Assembly (NCBI RefSeq): GCF_964204645.1
Contig: NC_134029.1
Coordinates: forward strand, 1,302,001-1,366,000
Source: Tubulanus polymorphus
Taxonomy: Eukaryota; Animalia; Nemertea
Direction: 5' to 3'
Length of the DNA: 64,000 nt
The notes under the pieces are model-generated. The model had not been told where the DNA came from. It made no database searches and saw only the letters and a list, made by a program, of their open reading frames with translations. A program made the position numbers and the translations under genes. Each line of letters starts with the position of its first letter. The stretch's first letter is position 1. Shown here in pieces: positions 52,501 through 64,000 of this stretch.

Positions 52501-55500
52501 TTAAAGTTAGAATATAATTCTAAAAACATTTTCAATACCAAAATCTAGGTCTTAGTAGTTAGACATAAGCCTATTGATAATCTTTGTGGTGACCTCGTTA
52601 TAGTCTGGGTAAAATTCCTCGTATTTGGAAAGCGAAAAAAAACTTCTTCTCGATGAACAATTTGTATCGGCAGCAGCTCGAATGAAGATATCTGATGATT
52701 GAATATAGCATCATCCAGTCGTCCATATAGAATGTTCAGATTCGCCGTTGAATAATTCATGTTTGTCACATTCAGATCAACCACCACCACAACCCAACCA
52801 CCAGTACCATACGCGGCGGCGGAATGCTGCTGCTGCTGCTGCTGCTGTGTGCAGCTTCTCGAAAAAACTGCAACTATTTGTCAATAAAATCCTGCGGCTC
52901 GACGATCTACGGCACCGGCCAATCCGCAGAATACGGTGTGCTGAGATTCATTATTGGACGATAGAATTTGGGGTTCGATTTGTCACTTATATTCGTAGGA
53001 TTAGTTAAAACTCCTTAATCAACTCAATTTCCGTATAGTCAACTGAGTTTTAGTTAAATCGAAGAAGGCTTTAAACGTATTTTACGGTTTTACTCTTAAA
53101 TCGATTAATCTTCGATTATTCAGCTTTTTTTAAATCGATTCAAGATTTAAGGTTTTAGTGGAGATAGATCCCCGGGGTCAGATCATTACGGTTAGACTTC
53201 GTTCGTGAAACTATGAACCTTCGGTCGGGAGTTTGATCCGATGAAGTCATTTCAAATAATCAAATGTCAATGATATCAAATGAAAAACGACTCGATCAAG
53301 TTTCGGCATGGTATCAATGTTCAGTCAGTGTAGTCGTAGTGTCAGGCTTATGGCGATATTAATGCGGAATTATTTAGACGGATTACGACAAATAAACTGC
53401 ATTAAGTTGAAGGCTTATCGGCGGCTAATCTGACGGATTTCGTTTCGATTGTTCGCAGTAAGCTGTGTCGATATCGACAGCTAGAAGCGATCAAGTGCTG
53501 TTCACAGCGCGAAATTGAAAAGGGAAATGACTAAACATCGAAACGTAAAGCGTTTCCTGAATACTAACTGGATGTCTGTGTATTTAGCGTTCAATCACTC
53601 GTGATGACATATTTCTACTGGAAATCATCCACGTATAATGACGAATATCTGATTTACATCTAAACCGAAACAGCTGTGCGGGTACTTGTCGTGATCGTCA
53701 TCCTCAAATTCTGGGACAAGTTGCACAATCACGGGTTAGATTTGAGGCCAGTCTAAGACAAACTAAGTTCTCTAGTCGATCTAATAAAGTTAAGACTATT
53801 CCTAGGACTTGAGGCCATTTTGGTCTTGAGCCAGTTTGACCAATATCAGAGGCAAAGCAATGTGATTTCATACGACGCCATCTAGTGTTAAGACCGACTT
53901 GCGTCTCAGCGCCACCTATTCATTCCAGTTCTACATGATAGTAATTTATGCCGTGAATTCAGAATTCTATACATAATATTTTTGCGAACGGGACATGTTG
54001 AGATTAAATAGTTTTTTTTTCTGTGGTGTGACTAGGGGCTGGTGACGTCATATTTCTATTCTCGCTGTTTTGCCGATGAATAGAAAACACAGGGTCTTAT
54101 TACCGGCGGTGCGAGGCGGCTTAAACATCTTCTATTCATTCGCGCAGTCGAGGTTTCTTTTCTCCGTTTCGTATGACTAAGAAAATATTTATGCCATAAC
54201 AAACTGAATACCGACAGAAATATCAGTTTCAGCAATATTAGACTAATACACAGTTAATATATGAAATATGAGAAATTAAAATTCAGTTCATCTAAGAACT
54301 AGCAGCTAAAGAGATATATGACGACTGTTGTGGACACTGGTGAGTTTGTCAAATAAACTATATATAATATAATCTGAAACGAACGATTGGATTGTTAAAA
54401 AATATGAAGAATGTCTCGGCTGAGAATTGTATCGATGGCCGGTTGTGACTGATTGACGCGGTAACTGTGGCTCGGTCCGGGAACGTGCAGCACCGTACGA
54501 GTGAGTTAGTAAACTGATGATGAAATCAGTATGTCGGCAATTTTCTGCGGATGAAGATCACGACGCTTGGATCTGATTGATGGACTGTGGACATGACTTC
54601 ATTAGCGAATCTCTTTCTCTGCTACTGTAGAATCTGTGCGCGCAGCGCTACTTCTTCAACACTTTCTACCGAGGATAATAAACCCTACACAAGTCACGTG
54701 TAGTATTGATAGTCATTTCCGTATTGTTTCACGAGTTTATATACGTCTAGAAACGGGTGACATTTTGGAAAAATAACAGGAAACAGTAACTATTTGTGTG
54801 ACATCAATTTGGCAATGGTTTAAACGGTTCCTTGCATCACGAATTTCAAAATGCTCCATTTGACTGATCCTGTTTATAGATTGGTTTTATTTTGTAGGCT
54901 TCTAGGCTTTTAAGATAATAAGTTGCCTTCCGATAAATTGTCCAGTATCTTATTTCGCAATGAAGAATAATTTGTATTTCCTTATCGTAAACTATTTCGC
55001 AAATGAAATTCAAGATGTAAGAACAAAGTAAGGCTAGAAACGAGTGAATAGCTCAATGATGAGTTTCTGTTTGTTCTCTAGCGACTCCGCCGCCGCCGCC
55101 GCCGCCGTTAGAATTACCTGAGATATAATAAATTGTCTGAACCTTCTGACACGGTTCGTTCATGTTCTATTAGGATTATAGCCGTAATAACAGATGATTG
55201 GTGGTGTATACGTCAAATCACACTGGATACAGATCACAGAAATCATTGACTTACTGACAGTCGTGTAGTCAATGAATCAAACAACATGCAACTCGGCTTG
55301 GACCACTTTACTTCAATTACTCCTTATTTTCTTATTTCTTGAAACATTTTGTTAGAAACAAGTAAATTATATTTCTGTGAAATGGTGCTTTCAAGGTTCT
55401 TGGATGTAAATCAAAGTTTAGACTTAATCTTATTTTGCCATTTTTCCAAGAATTCTAAGTCAAACATCACGCGTTAGGGTCGTTGTTTTTCGATTTCGGG

Positions 55501-58500
55501 GTCAGTTGATCGGTCATTCCGAAATGGTCTTGATTCGTAACACTCGATCTTTAAGTTATTAGATTGGCCGTAGAGAACTAAGGTCTTAAATCTAGGTGCG
55601 AAACAACTGCGTGTAATTGGTTTCTGGTGTTTCACTGTTTCTAAAAAAAGAAATCATGATATTTCTGAGGAGCATGACCTCCTTTCTGCCAGAACTATAA
55701 TTTCCAATTCCCCCATATTCAGTGTCTTAAAAGGAACTGACTAGGGAATATGGAACAGCATCAGCCTGCGGGTTCGATCGAGACTTACGAGCGAATAAAA
55801 ATCACTGTTTCAAAAGACTCGCCCTAAAGACATCGTGGAACGAAATATTCGTGACTAAATAAGCTTGATTAATCACAAACCGTTTGAGTTTCACGATCAG
55901 AGACCAGGCGTTTACTTCACTGCTGCATCTCCAGGCTAAATTAAACAGATTCTAAACGATAAGAATTAAATCACAGCTGTATTAGACTAATGACGTCAGA
56001 GCGAGCGATAGAATTAGATATTACAGATTTTTACAAATTGTTTGATTAATTTACAAATGATGGGAACAATAATCTTAAATCACAGTGAGTGAATTTGAAA
56101 GGTAGGTACGAGCCATGACGAATAGATGATAAAATCAAAATACACTGGATAAAAATCTAATGGAAAACAAAATTTATTCCTAAGTTTCTGACTCTCTGTG
56201 GAGACCATCGTCAGATGTGGTTCATTGATGTTGTTCTATTTTACTGATAAAACTGATTTTTGTTTTCTGTGAGCTGTCTTTGCTCAGATGGGTTAATAAC
56301 TGCCGTGTTAATTGTACCGGTCTATAATGGAGGACGCGTTGATGAGAATGCGAGAGGTGGAACTGCCGTAGAGTAGATGTACTTGAGGCTGGCACTGCGC
56401 CGTCTTCACTCCACACTTCACTAACATTTCATTACGGCTATTGTTGATGATTGAATCTTTCCGATGACGATTCATCGATTTGCTCCAATTAGCGTCGACT
56501 CATAGACCCGGATACAACAGGGCTGACGGCGACTTCCGGGTCGGTGTAAGATATCCCGATCTGTTTCCGGTTACAACAGGACGTTGGTCAGTGGTCCGAG
56601 ATTAATTCGCAAATTGCTGCCGCATGATTTCATTAAGAAGGATCGTGTTTATCGTACTAACTGACTGAGATCCACTTTGCTGACGATTTAAGAAGATTAC
56701 TTAAGAAGAACGTTGTCTATTTTTGTTTACTGGATATTTGTAGTTTTTACATTTAGTTTGGACGCAACTGGAACTAAAACATGCAGAAATCAATACTTTG
56801 TTTGAACGCTTATTGACGAAAAGAGTCCATCGTACTAACTGACTTCCTTCCTTTTTTACTTCTGTTTCCCTTTTTTCAAGTATTGTTTGGTACCAAAATA
56901 TGCAAAATCTAATACTTTGTTTGACATTTACAAAAGCCTCTCTCTTCCAGGCCTGCATCCGTTCGTGTTATTGGATAAATAGATGTAAAGAGTCTGCCGT
57001 ACTAACTGACTCCCACCCTCTTTGCCGTGGATTTAAAAGTTATATAACCTTAAATTGAAATAAAATGTTTGTCTTTTTGGTTACCTAACTAGAAAATATT
57101 TGTTAAATTTTTGAGATCAGGATTCGAACCCCGAGTTTATTGTTACATCTGGCGATTGAATAAACCTGTTGTTATTTTCACATCAGTGTATTTCAAAAGA
57201 TTTGATCACATCAAAAATAATGCGAACACAAAGGGTTCCGATTAGATTATAGAGATTCCGATTGAGCAAAGAAGAGATTTTTTGTCATTTAGTTTGGAAA
57301 TAGAGTCGAAATATGCAGAATTCAATACTTTGTCTGAAACATATTGAAGAAGAGTGGCGGGGCAGTAACAGTAAGCGGTTCTAGGCTCCTATAAGTCTGA
57401 TAAGCTTTTGTTGGCTTTCGGGCTCGTTACGGATTCTTTTGTTAACGCGTTTTACCTTCGAACTCGTAATGGAAGCTTAACGGGTCTTAAAGCAACGTGT
57501 CGACGGAGCACTTAGCCGACAACATTTCACTAAAACCTTCTGCTTTTAACTAACAGTATTTATGTAAACCCATCACAGTCTTTGAATAGAAGATTCTGCT
57601 CGTTACAGAAACAGATCCCATACAAAGCGCCGTTCGATGTGCAGGGATTGTTAGAAGGATCGATGTTTCTATTGGGTCCCTCGTTGTAACTATCTCTAAC
57701 GCGTTTACCTGATATTTGCCTTTAATTACAGTATTCCAGTATCGTCTGCGATACTTTATCTGATCAGAGCGTCACCGTTATGAGAAAACTTCAACTAAAA
57801 AGCTGTCGTCTGATATGATGTAAACATTGATTACAAGATACATAACGGTTTCAATACATAAATGACCGACTAATTCACGTAGAAAAAACTCATAATCACG
57901 AAGTTTAAACTAGGATTGACGTTTGGACTCAAAAATGCAACGAGCCATTGTCTAAAAATATCTTTTTCTTCAAACATATATTTTGTTATAGTTTAAGTAA
58001 GCCTACATATAGTTTGACATTGACTTTTCATCTTTGGTCTGGAAAACAGGAGAAGGAATCAAGCAGTTAAGTTTTTCCCTAAAATGGATAGGTGGGGTTT
58101 CGTCATTTCAAAGATTAATGGTCAAATATTCGGACTTTTCTAAAAAAAACATATTGGCTCAAGATTGAAACTCACAACTGTGGAACTGGATCCTAAGCCC
58201 TGCTTATATAGTTTTACACCTTGTGTCTTGCCGCTGTTTTGATCATTGCTGGTCTGAATTGACCACGGGGAATCGAGTTATTTCATCTCGTAAAACCCGC
58301 GGTGGACGTACATTTTGCAGTAAGGTTGACTCGCTACACGGGAAGAGATGCTGACGGCGGGGCGTGTAAAGATTATAACTGACGCATGGTGTTCTCCAGG
58401 GAGGATCTGGTAGGCAATGATTTAACTGCAGCGAACCCCGTCGAGACGTGATGCGTGCCACCGATACTATTAATGAAAACTGTATACGGGCTGCCCGCCG

Positions 58501-60320
58501 CCGCCCGCCGCCGCCTGCCATCGTTTAATAATAACAGTGATGATGGCTATAACTGTTACTGGCAGTTCTATGATGGATATTGTTTTCGGCTGAACAAGAG
58601 GTTTAGTACATTTTGTAGATTTTACCGGCCAAAACAAGTTCTGCAACATTCACGATTTCAGTATGAAAAGTGTTTTTCGCCTATTTAAAACTCTGGAAAA
58701 CGGTCTCCTTTTTCTCTTTTTTATCCATTTTAATTTTTCTTTCTTTTTTTGAGGGGGGAGGCTTACCAGAATCAAGCCTCTGCATAGGTATTTGCATTGC
58801 TTTTCAATAAAGATAGTTGGCAGTTCCACTTTCTCAACGAACAAACTACCTCCCTGTAGACCCGTTTCACCCCTGCTAAATACTTCAAATATTTACGAAA
58901 CCCACCCCTGATTGTAAACCTGAAACTCTAAATTTACATACGATGATTTCAAGTATGTTCAATGATTAATTTTCATTTCAGCAGAAATGGTGCTTCAAAC
59001 GGAATGTAATGTAAATACATTCCATTTTAATTAAAACATTCCACATAAAAGATTCGGCGGTTGTTCACAAACGGGACTTTTATTGCTTATCGCAATTTCC
59101 CAAGGCAATCGTATAACCGACATATTTATACAGTAAAACAATGTTAAATGCGGAGTCAAGTAGAAAATGTGCTTTCAAATGTTGTCATATTACAAAACAG
59201 CCATCAACGAGAGTTGATGACTTATTGCATATAAAAATATGAATATTTCACTGGAAACTCTCGGTCTTGAAGCAGTGAAATACAGTAGACTTACGAATGA
59301 CTAGAGACTGCCCAGATTTCGACTTAGTAGAATCACAATCATGAATATCAATAGTTTACATTGTTCCGGGTAAAATGGACCAAACATTTCATCCGAATCA
59401 AGTAAAACTCCGGATTGAAAAATCAGAATTAAGCGAGTTCTATTTCTAATTTCTATAATGTAACGCATGTTTGGCTATCATCAACCAAGGTTTCAAAAAC
59501 TATTCTATGAAGAGATCTTGTCATCTAGATTTAACGTAAAGCTATGGATGACGTGTTTATCTCTGAAGCTACTGTTGACAGAGTCTGGCGTGGATTTTAT
59601 CCGGTAAATATTTGCGAGGTCTTCGACTGAAGATATAAATCGTGAACTTGTCTGCTTATACCGAGCAACGTCTTTTGCCACTCGATTATGAACGGGCATG
59701 GTTTCCGTTTGTTATCTTAGATTATTTGATGATATGAATCTTTGATAGCAAAACGTAGGCACTGCATACATTACAGAGATATTCACAGAAACCATTCGAT
59801 TCATAGCAAGAAAACTTAAGTCGCCTAGAATATCATTTGAGTACGGAATATAGGATTTATATACGCGGCCATATGATTTTTTTTCGAAATTTTGACTTGA
59901 TAAACTTGAGATTTCGACTTAATAAACTGGATTTGCTCAGTCAAAATATCAAATTTCGACAAAAAATCATATGGTCCAAATGATTTTCCGTGAAATATAC
60001 GTATAAGTTTACCCGGTTTGTATCTTGTATCCAGTGACTGAACTGACCGAGATATCGTATCGTAAATCATTTTATCTCGAGGAATAGAATTAGATTCTAC
60101 TGATTTTGTTTTGTGGATTTTGAAAATATAAATTCCGTTGCCTATTTTCGATGTGTTACATCTTTCGTACTTACTACGTCGATAAGTTGTGATAACTGCA
60201 TGCTGAGGAAGACAGTTAACGTGTCCGAATTGTTTCCCACGGGTCGAATCAGTTTGTTGTAACCACTTTTCTTTAGAAGATCGTTGTATAATCGTTTAGC
60301 GTCTGGGTTGCATAGGCATT
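43569..60320 (-). CDS. Nicotinic acetylcholine receptor alpha subunit, paralog 3 (5'-incomplete; signal-peptide exon not located)
   Basis: Exons 60175-60320 ([15 protein letters not shown]...), 51089-51133 ([15 protein letters not shown]), 47077-47186, 44296-45313, 43621-43760 (M4 exon; reads through to TGA at 43569 if unspliced). Loop [10 protein letters not shown], canonical M2 [18 protein letters not shown], intracellular [10 protein letters not shown] motif reminiscent of protostome alpha subunits. Confidence 0.92.
50179..50352. mobile_element. Near-fully palindromic MITE (TAA/TTA flanks)
   Basis: AGCCGGGTGTAGGTCGGCCTTGCGACG ... CGTCGCAAGGCCGACCTACGCCCGCCT; internal TGCGAC/GTCGCA subrepeats. 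Confidence 0.82.
52269..52337 (+). mobile_element. tRNA-derived SINE head-like sequence
   Basis: A-box TGGCCGAACGG and B-box-like GATCGAGCC; stems degenerate. Confidence 0.4.
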
Positions 60321-62328
60321 CTGTAAAACAAGAGATATCGAGAAACCTTAATTTATAGTTATTGGAACAAACGAAGACCGGCGTTAAGTTTTTGGCAGGT
60401 CTGGAGGGTTCGTAAGACACACACATAATAAGTATAATAAAAATTATTTTTCTTTAAATAGTTCATAGATTTTGGATAAGATACATGTGCAGTTCATTTT
60501 CAAATCGTGTTGGTGCTAGTCGAGTCTCAACAGTAAACCGCAATGCCGCCTCGAAAACCATGACAACAAGCGTTCATTTTTTTCTCAATGTCGTCAGATT
60601 ACACAGACAAAAAGAAATCCAAATCGCTTTAGAAATGTTAATAGCGCGAGCGACGCGCGGTGCGTTATTGGCGGGTTATTCTATATCGGTAAACACTGAG
60701 TTTTTACAATCTTATCAGCGCGCTATTTTTTAATCAAGATAAACACACATAGTCACGTGGTGGTAATAGCTCGACAACTAATACGACACATTTCTCTCGA
60801 TTAGAGATTTCAAATTACTGAAACTGAGGCGTCGGTCGCTGCTGCTGCTGCTGCCGCTGCTGATGCTGGAATCTGAGCCGCCTGCTCGGTGAGATAATTA
60901 GTTATTTGTTCGACAATTACCAGATCTGAATCCATACACAGCCGATCTTACCGGGGGAATAAATACCACATTCAACACTACTGATAATAATCAATGACGA
61001 TGAAACTGATGATGATAATGGTAATGATGATCAGGTAGCTTTCATGGATTAGCGCGATCCCGTAATCCCAGCCGAACTAGCGACCTTGACCTCACATATC
61101 TACCGGCGATTCGATGGCCTTGATCTTTCAAGAGAATTTCACAAAATTCTAAACTTCGTGCACGAAAACCTCCATATGTTCATCTATGCATTTCGGGGAT
61201 CTCTCACGTCACGTGTTTGACCGTCAATATGGCGTCAACGCGTGAAAGCTGCACGGACTCTATAGGTCAAAAGCCTGACATGACAGCGCGTCATATTGGA
61301 CGTGAAGTGCAAGCTGCTAACTGAAGCTGAGGTCGACTGCCATTTGGCGTCCATGACGACACCTGCGAACAAGTACCAATTCGTGCACGTGACATACAGC
61401 GCCCCGAGATTAAGGTGAAGGTCATACATTGTGAAAATATAAAATCAAATTCAATGAGAGTAAAACAGTTAGCGGCGTTTTCTCGCGTGATCTCGCGTGG
61501 TTTCACAGCGAGCGTTGATAACGATTCATCACCGTTGGGCTTTTAAAAGACATTATAAGCTGTTTAATTGAAAACTGTTCTTATTTCGTAGTGTTTATCT
61601 TTGTGTCTCTCGAATATCGATCGCGAATTGCATCTTTTATCGTACGAGCGCGACAAGTGGAGCACATATACATTTTTCATCTTGGGATTCTGGAAAGTTT
61701 GCTCTTCTCGCTTCGATTTCCGATAAACAGAGAACGCGCCGTCGAATCAAATATTAGTAGAGCTATACACGGAGTATGAAACACTGCCGCCATATTGACC
61801 GTGGCCTGTACGAGAATAACACTGACGAGCTGAATATCAAATGTGACCCGAGGGGCGAACAATATACTCTCACTGATCACTGAGGTATCCGCGCAAAAAA
61901 ACAGATGGATGATTAAAACAACACATGTTTACAATACCGAATGTGTTAACTATCATTAAATTAGCGAATCTATCTTACTAAACGTTATAACCAGCCTACT
62001 CGGCAGGATTCGAACCTGATGGCATCGTGTCTCAGCCACGGCATGAAACACCGTATCAAAAGCGTTGAACTATAATAGAACTTATTTTGAATAACGAGTT
62101 TTGGGACGCAGTTGAATATCGTCGATGTTATGTTGTTGTTGTTGTTGAGAATCTAAGAAGATATTTGAGAATGCGGTTTCTAATCGGCTTATTCCCCGCG
62201 CACCTGCGAGGAGAACAAGTTCACATAATACTCTCATCGGAGGCTTAGAAAATAGTGAGAAAACCTCCTCGGGACAAAATCCAATTCCATTTTACTGCAG
62301 ATATCTCGTTTCAAACCTTTTGTTTTTG

Positions 62329-62374
62329 TTCCTCTGATGATGGGGCTTAGTTAGAGCCTCGAAACTGTCAAGAA
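62329..62374 (+). ncRNA. Minimal type I hammerhead ribozyme (third family)
   Basis: UUCCU-CUGAUGA-U-GGGGCU(UAGUUAG)AGCCUC-GAAAC-U-GUC-AAGAA: canonical core, 6-bp stem II (one G-U), one mismatch in stem I. Confidence 0.75.
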
Positions 62375-64000
62375 AATATACTGTTTTACAGATCTAACTG
62401 TGGGTTTTTATTTGTTAACTCTACACTGAGATAGATATCAGTTAATTGCAGTCTCATAGTGTCCATGTTGTGGCGATAATATCAATTAAAAATTCCATTT
62501 TCGGACTGAAAAAAAATATTAAGTCCGATTAAATGTTTCCTCCATGTATTGTTTATTCGAAGTTATTCGACTATGTTCTGGTAGTCAGTCGACTTCAATA
62601 GACTACTGAATCCCGAGCTTCACTATTCCTGACGATGACTATGTATTATACCTAAATGACCTCACAAATATTCGATGAAATCGGATTTTTGTGGATAAAT
62701 AAGTCCATTTTACCGCTGATGGAGTTTGTTGGATTAAGGCTTTTAGGCTTGAGATATTTGTCACACTGGTGGACCGCTGTCCCGATCCTAATGGAACTGG
62801 TAAATAAATTGGTATGCATTGGTTGTCCATACAGTTGTCAGGCGCATACATCAGAAAATCGGCGACCTAAAGTGTGTTTATGGTTTCTATTCGGTGAAAA
62901 GATGCGATTCACAATCTTTCGTCGACTCGTAATTTGATACAGATGATTGAGCAGCAGTGTGTTCCTCGATCACAGCACAGAACACGGATTACACGTCGTG
63001 CACGAATAGATGCGGTCATCGGGGGAGCGAGATTTATTTACAAATTATTTCAGGATCTCAAGATGTTTCTCTCCATTTCGTTATACTTAAGACAGGAACT
63101 GGGGTCTTCATCTGACTCGCCCCATTAGCTCAGTCGTGACTTGAATCCAAACGCGGCGGTCATAAATCCTAAGACCGGTCTTAACCTGATAGATTGGTTA
63201 TAGAACTAAGTTGGTTTGAGAATGATGCAACCGTATTCGGGCTATTACCGATAGCAAATAAGGACCGACCCAATTTTGGGTTTGAATGGTATCTATCTAT
63301 TGAGATTATCGACGCATGTTTGTAACGACGACGTTTAGACTCCGTACCTGATTCCGCGTCGCTCTGACGAAATATGCAGTGATTTACGGCAATCACTGAA
63401 GCACTTGTGTACAATTTTCAGCAGATTAACGTCGGTTGTAAAGATCAGTTAGGTCACACAGTGATTCCTTGCTTTATGACGCTGAACGTAGTTACATTCT
63501 CTGAATACTGATGACAAGTAGCCGATAGCGAGTTAGAGTTTAGCTTTAATGAGTTGTTTATCGTTGTACTTGAAGAGTTTGAGCGCGTCATGAACTCATC
63601 ATAGTTCTAAGCTATACACCGGTATAAGCGCGAGAATATTCGAGATCTGACGAAATGATTCGATCAGAATTAGACTTTCTAGATATTCCATTGGAGATCG
63701 AAGGAATTGAATAACTAGCATCAAACATAGAATTTATAATAGAAAACAAGCAAAATGTATTATTCACAAATTAGAAATGGAGGATACGACGTTTCGAACA
63801 GGTTTGAACATGGTGTATACAAATTTGTATAAATGGCTTTTTATCATAGAACATTCTGTAATTTTCCTCAAAATCAAGAATATTGTTTGAAACTGCGGAC
63901 GTTTTACTGGATTTCAGAAATCATGGTAACCGTCAGATAAGAATATACAGCGAGTCTGAAGGAATTCAAATCTAGAGTCACAAAACGTTTCTAAAAGTTT

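Noticed and set aside
51134-60174. Mutually exclusive duplicated exons in the long receptor introns
   Set aside because: I saw no second copy of exons 2-4 by eye; a tBLASTn of each exon against the introns would be decisive.
61993-62045. tRNA gene suggested by GGTTCGAATCC on the minus strand (also ~57120, ~40393)
   Set aside because: Only B-box/T-arm fragments, no cloverleaf; at most SINE debris.
60480-64000. Candidate signal-peptide exons for paralog 3 (~60950, ~61350, ~61790, ~63245)
   Set aside because: Each has an in-frame stop, no hydrophobic core, or no phase-1 donor. The exon probably lies beyond the window.

Overview
AT-rich animal genomic DNA with GT-AG introns. It is probably from a protostome invertebrate, inferred from the receptor motifs. 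The window holds: (i) the 3' end of a probable spliced non-coding transcript built from tandem exon/intron repeats (1-1560); (ii) a complete 16-coding-exon PIBF1/CEP90 gene on the minus strand (3476-8925, 777 aa by my exon assembly); (iii) three paralogous nicotinic acetylcholine receptor alpha-subunit genes, two tandem on + (CDS 13134-20789 and 30487-40874) and one convergent on - (60320 down to ~43570; signal-peptide exon not found). Two signals stand out. First, the receptor paralogs are synonymously saturated in exon 4 but nearly identical in patches of exon 5. The islands that escape this homogenisation sit on pore-determining M1-M2/M2 codons, including Ile instead of the near-invariant 9' gate Leu in two paralogs. 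Second, introns and intergenic DNA carry minimal type I hammerhead ribozymes of the Penelope/retrozyme kind, including a tandem pair in sense orientation inside a PIBF1 intron. MITE families, a nested MITE, MITE-end-derived minisatellites, tRNA-like SINE heads and microsatellites are also present. All exon models and difference counts were done by hand.
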